64,000 bases of DNA from Tubiluchus corallicola (Eukaryota > Animalia > Priapulida). Location of the stretch: contig JAQGDQ010000155.1 in NCBI GenBank assembly GCA_030141605.1, positions 248,001 to 312,000 of the forward strand. The letters run 5' to 3'. The notes under the pieces were generated by a model, which made no database searches, was not told the origin of the DNA, and saw nothing but the letters and a program-made list of their open reading frames with translations. Both the position numbers and the translations under genes were made by a program. Positions 1 through 14,131 of this stretch are shown one piece after another; the first letter of the stretch is position 1, and each line of letters starts with the position of its first letter.

Positions 1-1502
1 TCATTCGTTTTGACGTTTTCACGGATAAGGCAAAACATTAGGTTTGCCGAGATTTAAAAGTTGTTACATCAGTGACTGGCTTGATATGTGCCTCTCACAG
101 TTAGTAACAAAATCATTTCCAATTCATTATATTGCTTGGCTGAGCACTCTGCAAGAGAGAGTATTTATTACGTTGGCAGTTGCGGCAGAACCGAGACCTA
201 GCTTAATAACGAGGATAACGCTTCCGAGGTGAAATGTTGAACCGGCAGCAGTCGATCCGTCAACAGGAGAAACAGAGTAAAGTAGCAGGTCAGATGAAAC
301 TGTCCACAAGCAGTGTTACCAGTGGTCATCCATCCATTCACTAACAAAGCACAGCTTTGTTTAGCTAGTTCCCCAACCTTCAGCAAGTGATTTGACAAAG
401 ACAGTCCTTGTTGGTTAAATGAGGGACCGCATCAAATACACTCACTGACTACTCACCCTCTTGAGTGATTAACTGACTAATAAACGGCTTGACCAATAGG
501 CAGTTGACACCGTCACTCAAAACAGTCATGCTCCAGTTTGTCAGTGTTGAAAGATCGTGTGGACTAGGCATGACTCACTGACTTACCGATCACTTTATAA
601 CACAGTGGAAGTCAACAAAACAAAATGATTTGAAAGTCTTTAAGCATTTCGAATTTAAGACTATTACTATCACAAAACAAGCCATTTCAACTACAAATGA
701 TCAATTTCACTTAAAAGATCTGGTTATGATTCCTATAATCAAATCTCCCATCTTTTGCATTTCAACAAAACTGCATTTCATTAGTAAAATATTGAGATGA
801 TCACTCCTATAATAAAGTCAGCAACTTTTCACAATCACGGTAATCATCATATCCAGAACAATACCGGATTTCCGCTTCAAAAACAACGACGGGTAGGAAT
901 AACTGATTGGCTGTGCGTGCGCGATTAGGCAACATTGGACCTGTTCAGTAAATGAATAGGCGACCGACTGGAAAACCGTTTCCGGGTGGTTTCTCATGCA
1001 TGGGAAGACGGCTAAAACTGTCACCAATGTCTCATCTTAGATAAACATTCCAGGTACTTGATTAGGTTCCAGTCCCTAACAAGGAGTCCAGGGACAAATC
1101 AACTCCTTTCGGGTTACGTACTTTCTGTGAAGACAAAATTCTGTTACCACGTGCTCATCGATCTCAAATGCTAGCTCTTGAATGAGCGTGCCTTAACGTT
1201 GCAAATGTCGGTGATGACAAACCTCAACCAAAACAGCTCAACGCCTCATTCAAATACAATGACTAATGTAATGGCTTCTAATGTAATGTAGCGGTCTTAT
1301 GTAATAAGCCTCTCATATGTGCAGCTTATGAATAAGGGGTATGAATACCCCCCCCCCCCCCAAGGCTGTTATTGAATAACTCATGCGTCTGCGAGGTTTC
1401 AAACTTTGAACATTTATTAAAAGGTCGATCCGAACGACACTGATAATTACGGCAACACCACAATGACAACAACCAGTGTTACACCAAAAGAAGAGAAAGA
1501 CC

Positions 1503-1680
1503 ATGATGGTGATGCTGACGATAACGATGATGATGATGATGATGATGATGACGACGACGACGACGATAATGATGGAGGAGATGATGGTGGTGGCGGTGAT
1601 GATGATGATGATGATAATGATGACGACGACGAGGACGATGATGATGATGATAACGAATAAGATAATGATGATAATGATGA
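1503..1680. repeat. Compound (GAT/GAC)n microsatellite
   Basis: Directly visible. Confidence 0.95.
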
Positions 1681-2899
1681 GTGGTTCTAAGACCGAATCA
1701 CAAGGGGTATAGAACAATCAAACGGTGGCGGTGAAGATGAAGGTGAATACACACCACTATGTCCACTATGTCTGACAAAGTGAAAGTGAACACACGCAGG
1801 GACTGTCATCACCATGTGCTAAATACACAGGAATCCTGCCAGATACGCAATTTAGTGTGCCATACACGAGTCATAATTACCTAGAGGTTGGACTAATCAC
1901 CTTCATGCTTTTGCCCATAATCACTGTTATTAAGCATCGCTAGTGACAGATGTAGACTGATTTTGTAAGGTAGCTGTGCAAGTAAGTAGGTAGTAAGTAA
2001 GTAGAAACAAAAACAGCAACATCTGTTGTTGGCATAATCGATTACATGCAAGATTTGCGATCAATGCAAAATTGCGTAATGTAAAGGACGGTAATGTTCA
2101 CTCTCTCAGTCAATCATGCATGCAAAATAAACATATACAACGGGAAGGGGATTTATATACATCTCAACGTGGCTAAGACACCACTGCCAGTTCAGTGGCT
2201 CATCTGTGAGTCAGGCTCTAAGTAAGCCCATAAACGTCTTTCTGAGTAGGCCTTGCGTTTGAATGCTTTCCGCTGTACAAGGTGCCAAAGTTGTTTACGT
2301 ACGTTGTTTTCCGTAAGCTGCTTTGCGAACATTGTAATTACTTACTTTTAACTTTACGCTTCAAAATACTAATCGAGTTCGCTCTTAATTAACTAATGCT
2401 TAATTAAATAATCAGCACATTATTTTAGAAAGTGATTTTGCATTGTAAACGTGACATAAACCTAAGTTTGTAAGTCAAAATTCATTTTAATTGTAAAAAA
2501 GCACCGAGGCATTTAGGAAGAGAGGAGTTTTTAAAAAATAAACTGTAAACCATAGTTATTAAGAAAATGCATACATGAATGAAGAATATTTCCTGATATA
2601 ATCTTGCATAAAGACAGGAAAGTTAGGTTGAACAAACTAAAAATACTCATATGAATTTAAAATCATGTCGTTTGCGGCATTCCTCAAGGATCAGCTTGAG
2701 ATCCACTCTTGTTTTAATGCACATACGCAGCACTAATGCTCAAAACAGCACTGGAATCTGATAAAACGTCTTTCTTGGCTTAAAGAAAAACAGGATGATT
2801 TTTCATATCCTACCCCATTTTGAAGTGTAATGTAAAAAGTGTACATTTTAACATTTATAATAAGAGTACATTATGTGCTCGCAAACTGCTTTACTCCAA

Positions 2900-3330
2900 G
2901 AATAAGAAACAACAGGATAGATATAAGGACTATTTTCTGAAAAAGATCTATAACGACAACAATGATGACGGGGTAACAAACTTCGAACTTATAAGCTTTT
3001 TAAAACTGTATACTGTTTGGGAGAATATTTGCTTATGTGTAATAATCCAATTAAAAGCAAACGTATAACTATGTACACTAGATTTAGAATTAGTGCGCAC
3101 AAATTGGATATTGAGTGGGGGAGGTATCATTTGAACTCACAGCCTACAAAATGTGTTCTTACTATTGTTGTTTTTAAGTGTTTTTGCTGTGATTTTGTTA
3201 TCATTGTGCTTTTGTTAGTATTATGTTTTTTTTGGTATTATCGTCCCTACTACGTTTGAGCTGTTCCATCCTATGTACAGGATCAATGTTTTTTTGTTCT
3301 CTTTATGTTGTATGCTCAATAAACTGTAAA
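2900..3330 (+). mobile_element. LINE (RTEX-like) 3' fragment
   Basis: TRFRISAHKLDIEWGRY motif, then a T-rich UTR and AATAAA. A separate decayed PQGS-like RT stretch sits at ~2680-2730. Confidence 0.6.
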
Positions 3331-3579
3331 CTATAATAATGCCAAAGCATTTCTGATAATTAAATAATACGATAAAAAGTTAATTAACAGTTGGCGAGTC
3401 AAACTAGTGATGACATCACAATAGAACAAGTATTCCATGAGCAAAAATTAAAGTACAGTGCTACTGTGTGGCATCCAGTGTGATATACAAAAACTAGGCA
3501 GATTTTAAATTTAAAATTCATATTTCAAGTTTACAGCTGTGCTCACACAGGAGCTCTCGAACACGAGTGCTACATCAAA

Positions 3580-4830
3580 AACGAACAATCTGAACTGAGA
3601 GGGTACAGTAACTGTTTCAAGGTGCAGGGGCCAGTGCCCGTCTAAGTAACGAATGGCAAAATGCATGTATCAGCAAAAAACTGTAACCACGCGAATGTGA
3701 ACTCGTGTTTCTGTGGTAATAATTGCTTCACGTAAGTCATTCTTGAAAAGTAATATGTTTCTTTTCAATACTTTATGTGATAGATTGTTTTGAGCTACAG
3801 TTCATGATTAAGTGCACTTTTCCTTTAATAACACTGAATACAAGAATAAAACGTATTTTAGTTTAGGCACGTAAAACCACCAACACGCATCAGGACATTA
3901 TTGCCCAATTAGTGGCACTTGCGAGTTTCTGCAAGGGTCTAATCTTAGCCCACTACTTATTAGCATACAAAATTAAAAGTATTAACATAGCCAATCTCAA
4001 AGGATGTCCAGTGCTTGCTCATAAAAATCCAATCACAATCTTCTAGTGTCACGTAAAGAAAACATTTTAAGGGAGAAAAAAGGCAACTTACAATTACGCT
4101 TAGCTGGTTGAAAGATTTAAGTGCAACTAGAAAATTTCTTAGTAAGTAAAAATATGCGCGCCAACTGGTAAAATGTCCCTGACTCACTTTCCCCAGTCTC
4201 CACTACTAACTCACCAAAACGTATTTTAAATGTTATTGCAAGATACAGTAATTTATACATTTGCTTAGTTAGTGAAATCTGTGCTACGAATACACTGATT
4301 GTTTTCTCACACTTCACGCGATATTATCTAAGCTTGTTTTAAATGACTCAACGTTAAAATGGCTGCGCCTAGCGGTCAGCACGGTAGTTTAAATTTACAA
4401 GTTTTATATAGCGTTACTGTTAACACAAGCCCACTAAATTATAGATTACATACTCAATTAAAGGCAAGCAAGCCCACCTATTGATAACATCATAAACTAA
4501 CATAATTTTCAGCAGTAAAAATATTCCACGAGCCAAAAATTCAAATTTCAAATCTACCGCTGTGCTGACGTATGAGCTGTCGAAGGTGTGCACTTTTTTG
4601 TGCAATGCAAATGCAGGCACTAGTACCTGTCTAACTAGCGAATGGCGAAACGTATGTAACAGCGAAGGAGTAGCGACGCGAACGAGAAATTGCGTTTGTG
4701 TGGTAATAATTCTTTCACGTAAGTTATTCTTGAAAAGTAGTACATGAAAGAATTATGTTTCCTTTCAACATTTTATGTGGTAGATTGTCCTGACTTATAG
4801 TTTAAGATTGAATCCGGTTTTGCTTTAAGC
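3580..4830. mobile_element. Cluster of MITE fragments from two TTAA-ending families
   Basis: 3640-3830 and 4615-4830 share TGTGGTAATAATT..TTCACGTAAGT.ATTCTTGAAAAGTA, also seen inverted at ~20480-20680. 4100-4420 matches the 19339 family. Confidence 0.55.
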
Positions 4831-5255
4831 AACGCTTAACAGGAAATTGCGGTTGTACCTGCTATTGTCTTATGTCTATAGAGAAGGCGCATCCCCCAGA
4901 TAGACAAACGCAGCTTAAGCGATTACAGACAGGCAAGTAGATTGCCAGGCACCAATTAGGGCACTACAAACAGTACACGAACAAAATATCATGACATTTA
5001 GCACATAATAGATCTTAAAGTAATGACTTTTCTGCTGTCAGTATTAGCAGTAGGAAACGACTAGTAACCTGCTGCATTATTGGTTCAATTCATCAGAACC
5101 CGTTCTTGAACTCCACAAGCATGATTTTAGGAGAAATCTAATGCTGAACAGAGGTGAATAGTCCCACAGATTAAAAAAGTGTGTATGCTACATAAGGTAA
5201 TTTTAATTAAAGCTAAAAAGACAGGTTAATTGCACATCGTCAGATTAGGAGTATA

Positions 5256-6280
5256 GGCCCCTGTCACACAGAGAAAACCGTGACGAGTAAGCCGTAATCC
5301 ATAATCCGCACTCCATAAGGCGTCTTCCATCTTCCGTATGGCGCATATCGCAATCTGCGTAACTAGCAAGGTGTTTTGCCGTAATTTTGGCGGAAGGCAC
5401 GCACGAAACTACTATATTTTAATATAATAGATACTGTAGTTTAATAGGTAATTCAATTTTACTCATTACGGGTTAACAGATTATAATATGATTGACTGGT
5501 ATGCTTCTCCTACATGCAGTATACATTCTTGTATGCATTGTAGTAATACGGCTGTCGTAAATAAGTGTTGTGGGTTAAAAATGCCTTTTAATCTTTATGG
5601 TATAACGATGTTGTGAATTCTGATGATATGAATTTATACAGAAACAAGCTTAATTACGCTAATTTTCACTTTAGCGATAAACAAAAACGCCTAATGATAA
5701 ATGAAATTAATGGCCAAATTCATTTCGTCATAAGGTGGTTTATGAACCGCCGAAAACAGCTTATGAAGAGTCTACCGCGGATTATGGCTGACGGTGGGTA
5801 AAGCGCGGCTGGTGGAAGACGGTGAGTGGATTATCTAATTCAAATTCAATTCAAAAAGTTTATTTATCTCTAATATAATATTTATAGCGCAAATACAACA
5901 AATTATGTAACGTGTGTAGAGATGGGGTGGCGAAAGACCAGGAGGTCATCGAGTCAGCCACCCCTATATAACTTAGGAATAATTTCATGGTTAAGTGAAT
6001 AATACGTGGTTGGTTCTTAAGTGTAGCAAATAAACAAAATGCAAAGCAGTTATATTATACCAATGGAAAAAAGCAAACAAATAATGCAGTTAAAAATTAA
6101 AACAACAACTGAACAAGATACAGTTAAGTCGTGAATGCGACAACAAAAAAGCAAGCAATCTGGTTAAATCATAAATGCAGCGAATGAACGAAAATGCAGC
6201 AAATGAACGATAATGTAGTCAAATCACGAATGCACAAAACTCAGAAGTTCAGTGTATCAAGAATATCTGTGTGACAGGGC
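5256..6280. mobile_element. PIF/Harbinger-like non-autonomous element containing a LINE-like 3' end (~5840-6260)
   Basis: GGCCCCTGTCACACAGA ... TCTGTGTGACAGGGC inverted ends; CCGTAA/TTACGG subterminal motifs. Confidence 0.5.
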
Positions 6281-7379
6281 GGCTTTTTCTCCTTACGGTT
6301 TACGCCTTACGGATTATGTCCTGCTCTGTCTAACACGGGCCTTACTGACATGGTTCACGTTACTGATACAGATACGTAACTGATGAAACAAATTTCTGAG
6401 CTCAATAGTAATGCAACTTTTATTTACCATATTTGGAAAGATTGCATTACGTTTGTAAGATGCTGAACTGAACTGAGCTACTGAACTTCTGGCGTCTAAA
6501 TCGAACTCCTTCAAGCTTGCCTTCCTGCCTTGCTTTGCTTCCCAAACTTTGGCTTCTGAACTTGGTTTCACAGAATTGATGTTTTTAACCAGAATTTTCT
6601 CTCTGAATTTAGCTTTTGAAGAAAGCGTCTGAAATCGTATTATATCCATTGACTAATCCTCCAGAACTCGTAGTTTGGCTTCAAAGATGTTGTTTTCAGG
6701 GCTTCAACTCGTGAACTTGGTTTTCCAGACTTGACCTGCCACCCCTGTATTAACGCTAGTTACTTCCTGAAGTAAAGTGTTGAAACTGTTTTGTCTGGAC
6801 AGATCTCCAGACCGTTTAGTTTTCAAACTGTTGCTTCCAGGATTTCAACTCATTATAACCTGGCTTCCCAGACTTGAGTTGCCTCACCTGTGCTAATGTT
6901 GCCTAACCTGAATTTGGCTTCAACAGGGGTTGCTGTATGAAACCGGGATCAGCCATGCCTATGAGCGCGACTCGGTAATTAGCTGTTACGCTGCTAGAAG
7001 CAAATCATGCATTGATTTACCGTCGATTCACCAAGGCAGGCTTCCTGTTCGCTCTTCCGAGAAATTTCGACTTTTCCGAGCAAGAAAGTCATAAAAACAG
7101 AGAATTGGACTCACGCTCCAGGAGGTACAGTCTAGTTCATAAAACTTCGGGGCGGACTATCAAAAAGAAAGAGCTGAAGCAAGGATAAACGTTATTACTA
7201 ATATATAAGGTTTAAATCAGGGATTCCCAACCTTTTTGTTGCACTCAGCGCTCTCAGGTATCCTTAAAAATCAAAAACCTTTTTATTGCTTAATCGCAGT
7301 CCCATCACACTTGAGGAATGTTGCAAACACTCCCTAGTCCTTGTACCCTACACTGTGAACCCCTTATTTAAACACTAGT

Positions 7380-8770
7380 CAATGTAGCAACATATAATTT
7401 CTTTCCAATCCCATCTTCCAGTTGAGATAAAATAATGAAATCCATAGCTATAATACAAGATTGGCAGCAATAACTACTACATGCCGTCCCATGGAACTAA
7501 TGTATTTAGGCAAAGTACAACATTTAAAGCACAAAAAACCTTTCACTTACATTAAGCTTAAAAACGTCGTCTTGAAATAAAATACTAGTTACATACTGCT
7601 TTTTGCATACAGAGCTTGCATCGGCAGTAACGATGTATAAAACATGTAAACAAGAAGTCATTTGAAACAAGTTTAGATAAAACTAAGAAAAATTTGAAAA
7701 AATAATCAGAGCACTCGTAGCGCACACTTTACTAATGAAGTCAAATTTTAAATTACTGTATCTTGTCAATAAGATTAAAAAAACGTTTTTGGTCAGTGAG
7801 TGGTGCATCCTGGAAGCTGAGTTAACGACATTTTACCAATTAGTGAAAGTATGTTAAATGATTAATAATTTTCTTTTCTAGTTACAGACGCCTTTTAAGC
7901 AGGTAAGCGGCATGCTAGGTAATATAACTTTGCATAGTAAGTTTTTTGGGACATATTTAACATTTCCTTTTCTTCGTCTGATTTACGTTGTGCGTATGTG
8001 ACGTCATGTAATGGCGCGGCCAGAACAGTATTGCGGGAGATTTAAAATGCAAATAAACAAAAAAATCCTTTCAATGCGAGTAAGATATACGCATAAAATT
8101 GCTATAAAGTAATGTAATTTTCTAAGGCGATTTTTCTGAAACCTACATCAGGTACCCATTTTCTTGCCCTTCAACGCTATAAAGCAATGGAACAAAACAC
8201 CTGGCAATATTAAAAAATTAAATCAATATCAATTTAAAACAGTTACTATCAAATAATCTACTATCAAAATATTCGCGATCTCCTCAACTCTGCGTTATAA
8301 ATAAAATTGTGGTTATGCGTGTGTTAAACGTATGTAAGAATGTAAAACGTATATGTAAGCTCACAACTATTCCGTCTAGTATGAAATATTAATTATTAAA
8401 TGTTTATGTGTGACTGTTATTAGCTATATGTGTTCGATCATAAATTATGTAATGCTTATAATTTCTTGAAACAACTGTACACGCTGTGTGAAAAATACTC
8501 GTTTAAGTCTAGCTTTAGGTAAAGAATTGTTCAAGATGCATAAATCACTGTGTAATAATTGCTCTGGGGACGACTAGATAGCTTGCTTCTTTGTCCTCCT
8601 CACAATGTTAACTAATTTTTATTCAAAGTGAGATCATTTCTGTGTGCATATTACTGTTGTTATGCATTGTGAAATAAATATTCTTATCTTCTCTCATCCC
8701 ATCCCATCCCAGCCCAGCCCAGCCCAGCCCAGCTCAGCTCAGCTCAGCTCATCTCAGCTCAGCTCATCTT
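7380..8770 (+). mobile_element. LINE 3' fragment (same family as 37305-37945), split by a TTAA MITE, with a (CCCAG/CTCAG)n tail
   Basis: CATAGCTATAATACAAGA...CAAAGTACAACAT|TTAA, resuming at TCAA|CGCTATAAAGCAATGGAACAAAACACCTGG. AAATAAA precedes a pentamer repeat at 8695-8770. Confidence 0.75.
7524..8174. mobile_element. TTAA-targeting non-autonomous DNA transposon (Kolobok/T2-like)
   Basis: Ends TTAA-AGCACAAAAAA and TTTTCTTGCCCT-TCAA. It interrupts a LINE exactly at a TTAA. Internal similarity to the 19339 and 25018 copies. Confidence 0.7.
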
Positions 8771-10537
8771 GTCTTAGTTGGTACAGCATTATTTTGTTCG
8801 GCTTCAGCAAAAAAAAAACAGATAAAAAACAGACATCAGTAGGAAAGTCAACACACCAAGCAGAACAGAACACTGTACACCCTGTTAGAAAATAGTTCAT
8901 AAAACTAATGAAACCTTAGTAAGTTGCCAGATCCTTCAAAACACAATGACAGCAGCACTCAAAGATACCCAAAAACTAAAATTTTAGATACTTTTCTGAA
9001 ATAGGACTCACGTATCTAAGTTCTAATTATATAGTCCTTACAAAGAAACGCTTGAAACTTTTATAGTAGATTATTCTTCTAAACTAAAACACGCAGATCC
9101 AAATTTACAGTCATCAGCACCAGGACAACCAAAGTAAAAGTGGATGTTCATAAGTCCCTGCAGTCAACTAACGAATTTCTCCAACAAATGCAAGTTTCTA
9201 GTTATTGGTCCAAGTGGCTTGGAGAAGGTATCAACGTGCGTTGTATAAGGCATATCTGGTATGGTGGGTTAGTAAGGTCACTACAAGGTCATAAGGTCAC
9301 TATCAGGACGATAACCTTATGAACGGAGGAATGAGGACACAATTTACATTTATGTTAATGTTTATTGTGTAAGGCATATCTGGTGCGGTGGGTTACCAAG
9401 GTCACTATAAGGTCATAGGGTCACTATTAGGAGGAGCGGAGGAATGAGAGTGAGAATTTGCATTTGATGTCATGTGATTTTTGAGATGTGGTTCGGGGTA
9501 CCTCTCGAAGCCCTTATGACAGCAGAAAATGGTTTTCGCCTATCTAAGGGAATGAATTTTTGGACAGAGGAGGAATAGGGGAGGAATTTCAGATTTAAAG
9601 GAATGAAGTTTTGGCCCGAAGAGAAATTGGGGAAGAATTTCAATCAGAGAAGGCAATGCAAAACTAGGAGGGAATGTACTCTGTACTTTATACACTGTGT
9701 GAAGCAAATGAAGTTATTACACAATTTAAACAACTCAATGGTATACATAAGCTACTTCAAAATTTCTGCAGGTTAAAATGGGCATTGAAACTCAAATGAA
9801 GTTGTCTGTATTAAAAAGACTTTCTTATTAGCTGGCAATAGTTCTTTTTTCCTTTTACAGACTGGCACCTAAAAAAAGCCCTTCTGGCCTTAAAAACAAA
9901 TATTATAATCCATCACAACTGAAATGGAGTTTTTTCATTTGACTATGACCAAAAAAGAAGTTTAATTTTGGCATCAACAAAAAGTACAATACTAGAAAAG
10001 TATAATGGTGAAAAAAATATTAAATTATTAATACTCATAATGTTTTTGTTATAATATTCAAAACGGAGAGGAAGTGAAGAAGCCAGGTACTGCAATGGGA
10101 GGACTATATTCTAGGACACTAAGAAGCACTAATTTCAACACTTTGCAACGACTTGAAAGATGCCAAGAACGCGCTAACGTCAAGACCTCAGCTGAAGCGG
10201 CTGCCAGACGTTCCCGAGTTTAACATATTATTGGTTTTAAAGCAACACGTTAAGCTAGGCATATGCATATACACCTGTACAGCCGAATCAATAAAACACC
10301 GCTGCAGGTGTAGCTACACCTTACACAGCAGCAACAACGAGCTGATACTGTAATTACCTCGGCGAGTCTGGCTGTACAGCGACTGGCTTCAGTTTGTCGT
10401 AGAAGCTCGCATAAATTTTGTAGGGCTTCAACTGAGAGATGCCCACCAGTGGTGCGCTACTCAGGCGCTATAAAATAAAATTTGAGGAAACACTTCATAA
10501 GAGTTATTTTCCCAATTTCGTAAATTGTGTAAATGAA

Positions 10538-10622
10538 GTGGTGATGATGATGATGATGATGATCATGATGATGATGATGACGACGACGACGATGATGATG
10601 ATGATGATGACGATGATGATGA
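10538..10622. repeat. (GAT/GAC)n microsatellite
   Basis: Directly visible. Confidence 0.95.
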
Positions 10623-12124
10623 GGGTTAAGTGACGGTGAGCATTTGCAAATTTGCAACCATCTGTTGAGGTGTGCATTTTAGCTTAGTGCATCTTTTGCA
10701 CAGGTACCAACCTGTTTTTTGAGACAAAGCGGTACTTATTGTTGTAGTTCACAGCTTCATAGAGCTATAAGTACATTGATAAGCAATGCTGAGCTTGGAT
10801 AAGAAATGGATGGGTGAATGTTGGGAAAACTCCTTTGCAAAGGTTTTTTCTACAGGGTACGCCTACACTAAATACACCCTGTCAGAGAATGCAGGATCCT
10901 GAATGACGGACCCTGATTTGCTCAGTATTCTGTGCAAAAAATGAGGGTTAGTGGCTCACAACTCAAAAACCTGAAACTACTAGGCAGCAAAATTAAGTAA
11001 CTTACAGTGCCAAGCCTGCAGTGGTGCAGTCAGTGTTCGAACTCAAAACTTGTAGCTAATGAGAAAGCAAACACAAGTAACTCAGAACCAGTGAATTTGA
11101 ATGCCTTGAACAGGACAATTTAAAGTGAATGTTAGGTAAGGAGTCTAGCAACCAGAGTTGAGTAACTGACTGGAACTAATTTTTGTGTCCTGACTCATGA
11201 CCTCGACTAGTAGTCAAGTTTCTTAGCAGTAGGGTAGCGGAGTTAGTGTTGCATTGCTAAACTACTGCTATACTACCTAAGTAAACTGAAAAACAGCATC
11301 AGAAGCCAGGCTCGGCTAGGAGGAATTAACCGAATTACCAATCAGAGAAACGTGCAAACAGCGGATGAACTATTATCAGCTTCAGTAAAGTAAACTTTCA
11401 TTTCCATACCTAGAATGTCCCACCTAACCACCAAAATCATGAATCCCCCCCTCCGATCTTGGATTCTGCTCAATATATTCCTCAAGTTGGCCAATTTTGC
11501 CAGCAACAAAAAAAATCGGTTTTCACTCGAGCCTCTTAAATGTGGAATTATTAACTAGAAAATGGTGTCACTGTTAACTAAAACATTCAAGAATATCAAC
11601 ACCGTACCACTAGCAAATTAGCTACAAAGCATTTTATTTTCATGGCATGTTTTCGCAAATATATTATACACATATTAGACAATTTTATTATCCACTCCAG
11701 TAATACATAATTTATATTATAATTTGCGTTGTTATTTCACAACGATTGCGTACTATTAGAGAAATATTCGTATAATTAGAGAAAAAATTCAAATAAACGA
11801 AATTTTTGTTCATCTACCAGAAATACGTGCTGCAAGGTGGTTATGAAGCAAACCTTGTAAACCCGCCATGAAAAGTGGAAAAAAATGATAAGTTATTAAA
11901 AGAGAAAGAATTCATAGAAAAAAGATAGAACAAAAATGATAGAGTGATAAGGTAAAGATCGAGGAAAAGGGAAGAGAAGCAAAATAGAAAGGAGTTCAGT
12001 AGAGACGTGACGTAAAAGTATGAAAATATGAACAGTAAAGTAACCAGTAGCGGAATGTACTGTAACTATCGCAGTTCTCAATCAAACCAAAAAATGCATC
12101 TTTAGTAAAAATTGAATAGAAGAG

Positions 12125-12420
12125 AATTCATACATCTTTTAAAGCTATATAATGTTCGGTGTGTTGCAACATATACTGACATTTTATTCCATAGATTGGA
12201 GCGGTAAATTTCACTAAGTTTCTGGCAACATTGGTCCTGCAAAATGGAATATTATATTCATTAAATCTGGTGAAGTGATGTTTATAACTAGGCATAACAG
12301 GATTAAGCAACGTGAGGGTAATAAACTAAGATGCGTTTTATACATGTATATAGGAAGGTAGGTAGTAAGAAATTAGGTGATCCAAACTTATAATTCCTTA
12401 CTTGTAAAAAAGTATAAGTT
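12125..12420 (-). mobile_element. L2/CR1-type LINE fragment
   Basis: HHFTRFNEYNIPFCRTNVARNLVKFTAP..WN C-terminal pattern. Confidence 0.55.
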
Positions 12421-14131
12421 CGGTTACTTATTAATCGGGGTTCGTTTAATCTTTAATAAGTGATTCTCAAAGATTCATGCTAAGACACGTTTCGCTCATA
12501 ATATACAACAGCAAGTTAAATATTCTGTAGCCCTATGGGGTATGCTAGCTCCGGGGATGTGTCACTCTAAAAACATGAGGGAAACTGAGACAGCCTATCT
12601 ACCTTTCTGCATCAGAAAAATACTCAAAAATCTATAGTATAGTACTTCGTTATAGTACTCAACTTGTAAGACTAACAAAAGAAAGCTAGTTAGTTTTTCA
12701 TCTCCTAACTGAAAGGTTTTCCTTTTCAAACTTATTTTTTCTTCATGAACTTTTCTCCGTGAACTTGTGCTCTTTTCGTGCCGATTTTTTCCATGCTCTC
12801 AGTATGGTGGTTAACTATACGACTCAATTCTCTCGTAAATAAGACCCCATTTGTAGCTATTATTCATAATAATCCTAATTACCAAATAATTTGGTTTCAT
12901 TTATAAAATTACCCCCATATTAAAAAACGCATTACATAAACAAAATTGATGTCTGTTGTTATTATACGTACAAAGCCTTTTGCTGGTACTACTTATTATT
13001 TTTTGTTTTCTTTACACCAAACCAATGACACAGAGATATAATTATTTTTTGTATACAGATTTTTGTATACAGATTATAGTTTCTTTGTGGAACCCTCTAA
13101 TTATTATCGATTTAGTTAGTTTGACTACATTAATGGTTATTATTTACTCTTATTATTTTATTACAATTACTCATCATTCATTTTGCTTAGTTCAAATCAA
13201 GTTGTTTTATTTCTTGCTTATTGATTTTAGTTTATTATGTTATTTAGAAATCTTTTCTTGTCCCCAGAATTGTGTCTTTTGCCTAGATTTATGCATTTAA
13301 CTTAATTCGATTTATTTTTTTGTTTTTAGCTTATTGACGATTACTACTGTTTGCGTTTGTTTCCCCCTTTTTATTGCTCTTGTTACCTGCAGCATCACTG
13401 TCTATTTTTAACTTTACTAAGTCTGTCTGTATGAAAGAGCAAGAGACTACATGACCAATAGTCCCTTCCTGTCCTGCTCCACGATTGTAATTATCTAATA
13501 TTTAACTAACACAGTTGCTGTAAACGATATTAAAGAAAATAAATGTTCAACGTTCTATTTACATTTCGTTTACAGAGTTCTCTATACGCGGTATACAAAA
13601 TGCCAAACGTCAATAATAAATTCATCTGTACAACAGCCAGGTGCGCTGAAGGTTAATTTGAACCTGGACGGCTTCAATCCTGCGCCATGAGAGCCGTCTC
13701 GCCAACGAGAAACAATATTGCAAGTAGCTTAAGTACAATTAGAAAACGCTCACTTCCTGCAGCTGCGTGGGCGGTTTTCAGCAATAGCGAGATTCTATCG
13801 AGCCAGCTAGCTGAAGCGCTTGAAGCCGGGGACAGTCGGCATCCTTTATTTATTCCTAAAAGCATGAATTTTCCCGGCAGTACACTGCCAGGCTCATTAG
13901 TCAGTAGGTCTAGATCAAGCCCTTGGCAAATGCAAATTTAAATAAATTTAAATACATTCGCATCTACGTGTAAGTTTAGCACAAACCATGCCAGACTGAT
14001 GATTCGTGGACGGTTGAGTGTCTATTGTAGCAATGTGTTTTAATGTGGTGTCAACTCCAGACAAAATAAAGGTTGTTCCAGAAGAAACAATGTGCACAGA
14101 TTATATGTGCTTATATTGGAATGTATAAAAA

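Noticed and set aside
198-398. Minus-strand NGW peptides (also 20477-20674) as Cav1 exon 4 (YLRNGWN)
   Set aside because: The surrounding residues do not match IS2/IS3, and the second lies in a MITE copy.
6314-6950. 111-aa minus-strand ORF as an alternative Cav1 exon
   Set aside because: No channel similarity; the region is a degenerate AACTTGGCTTC-type repeat.
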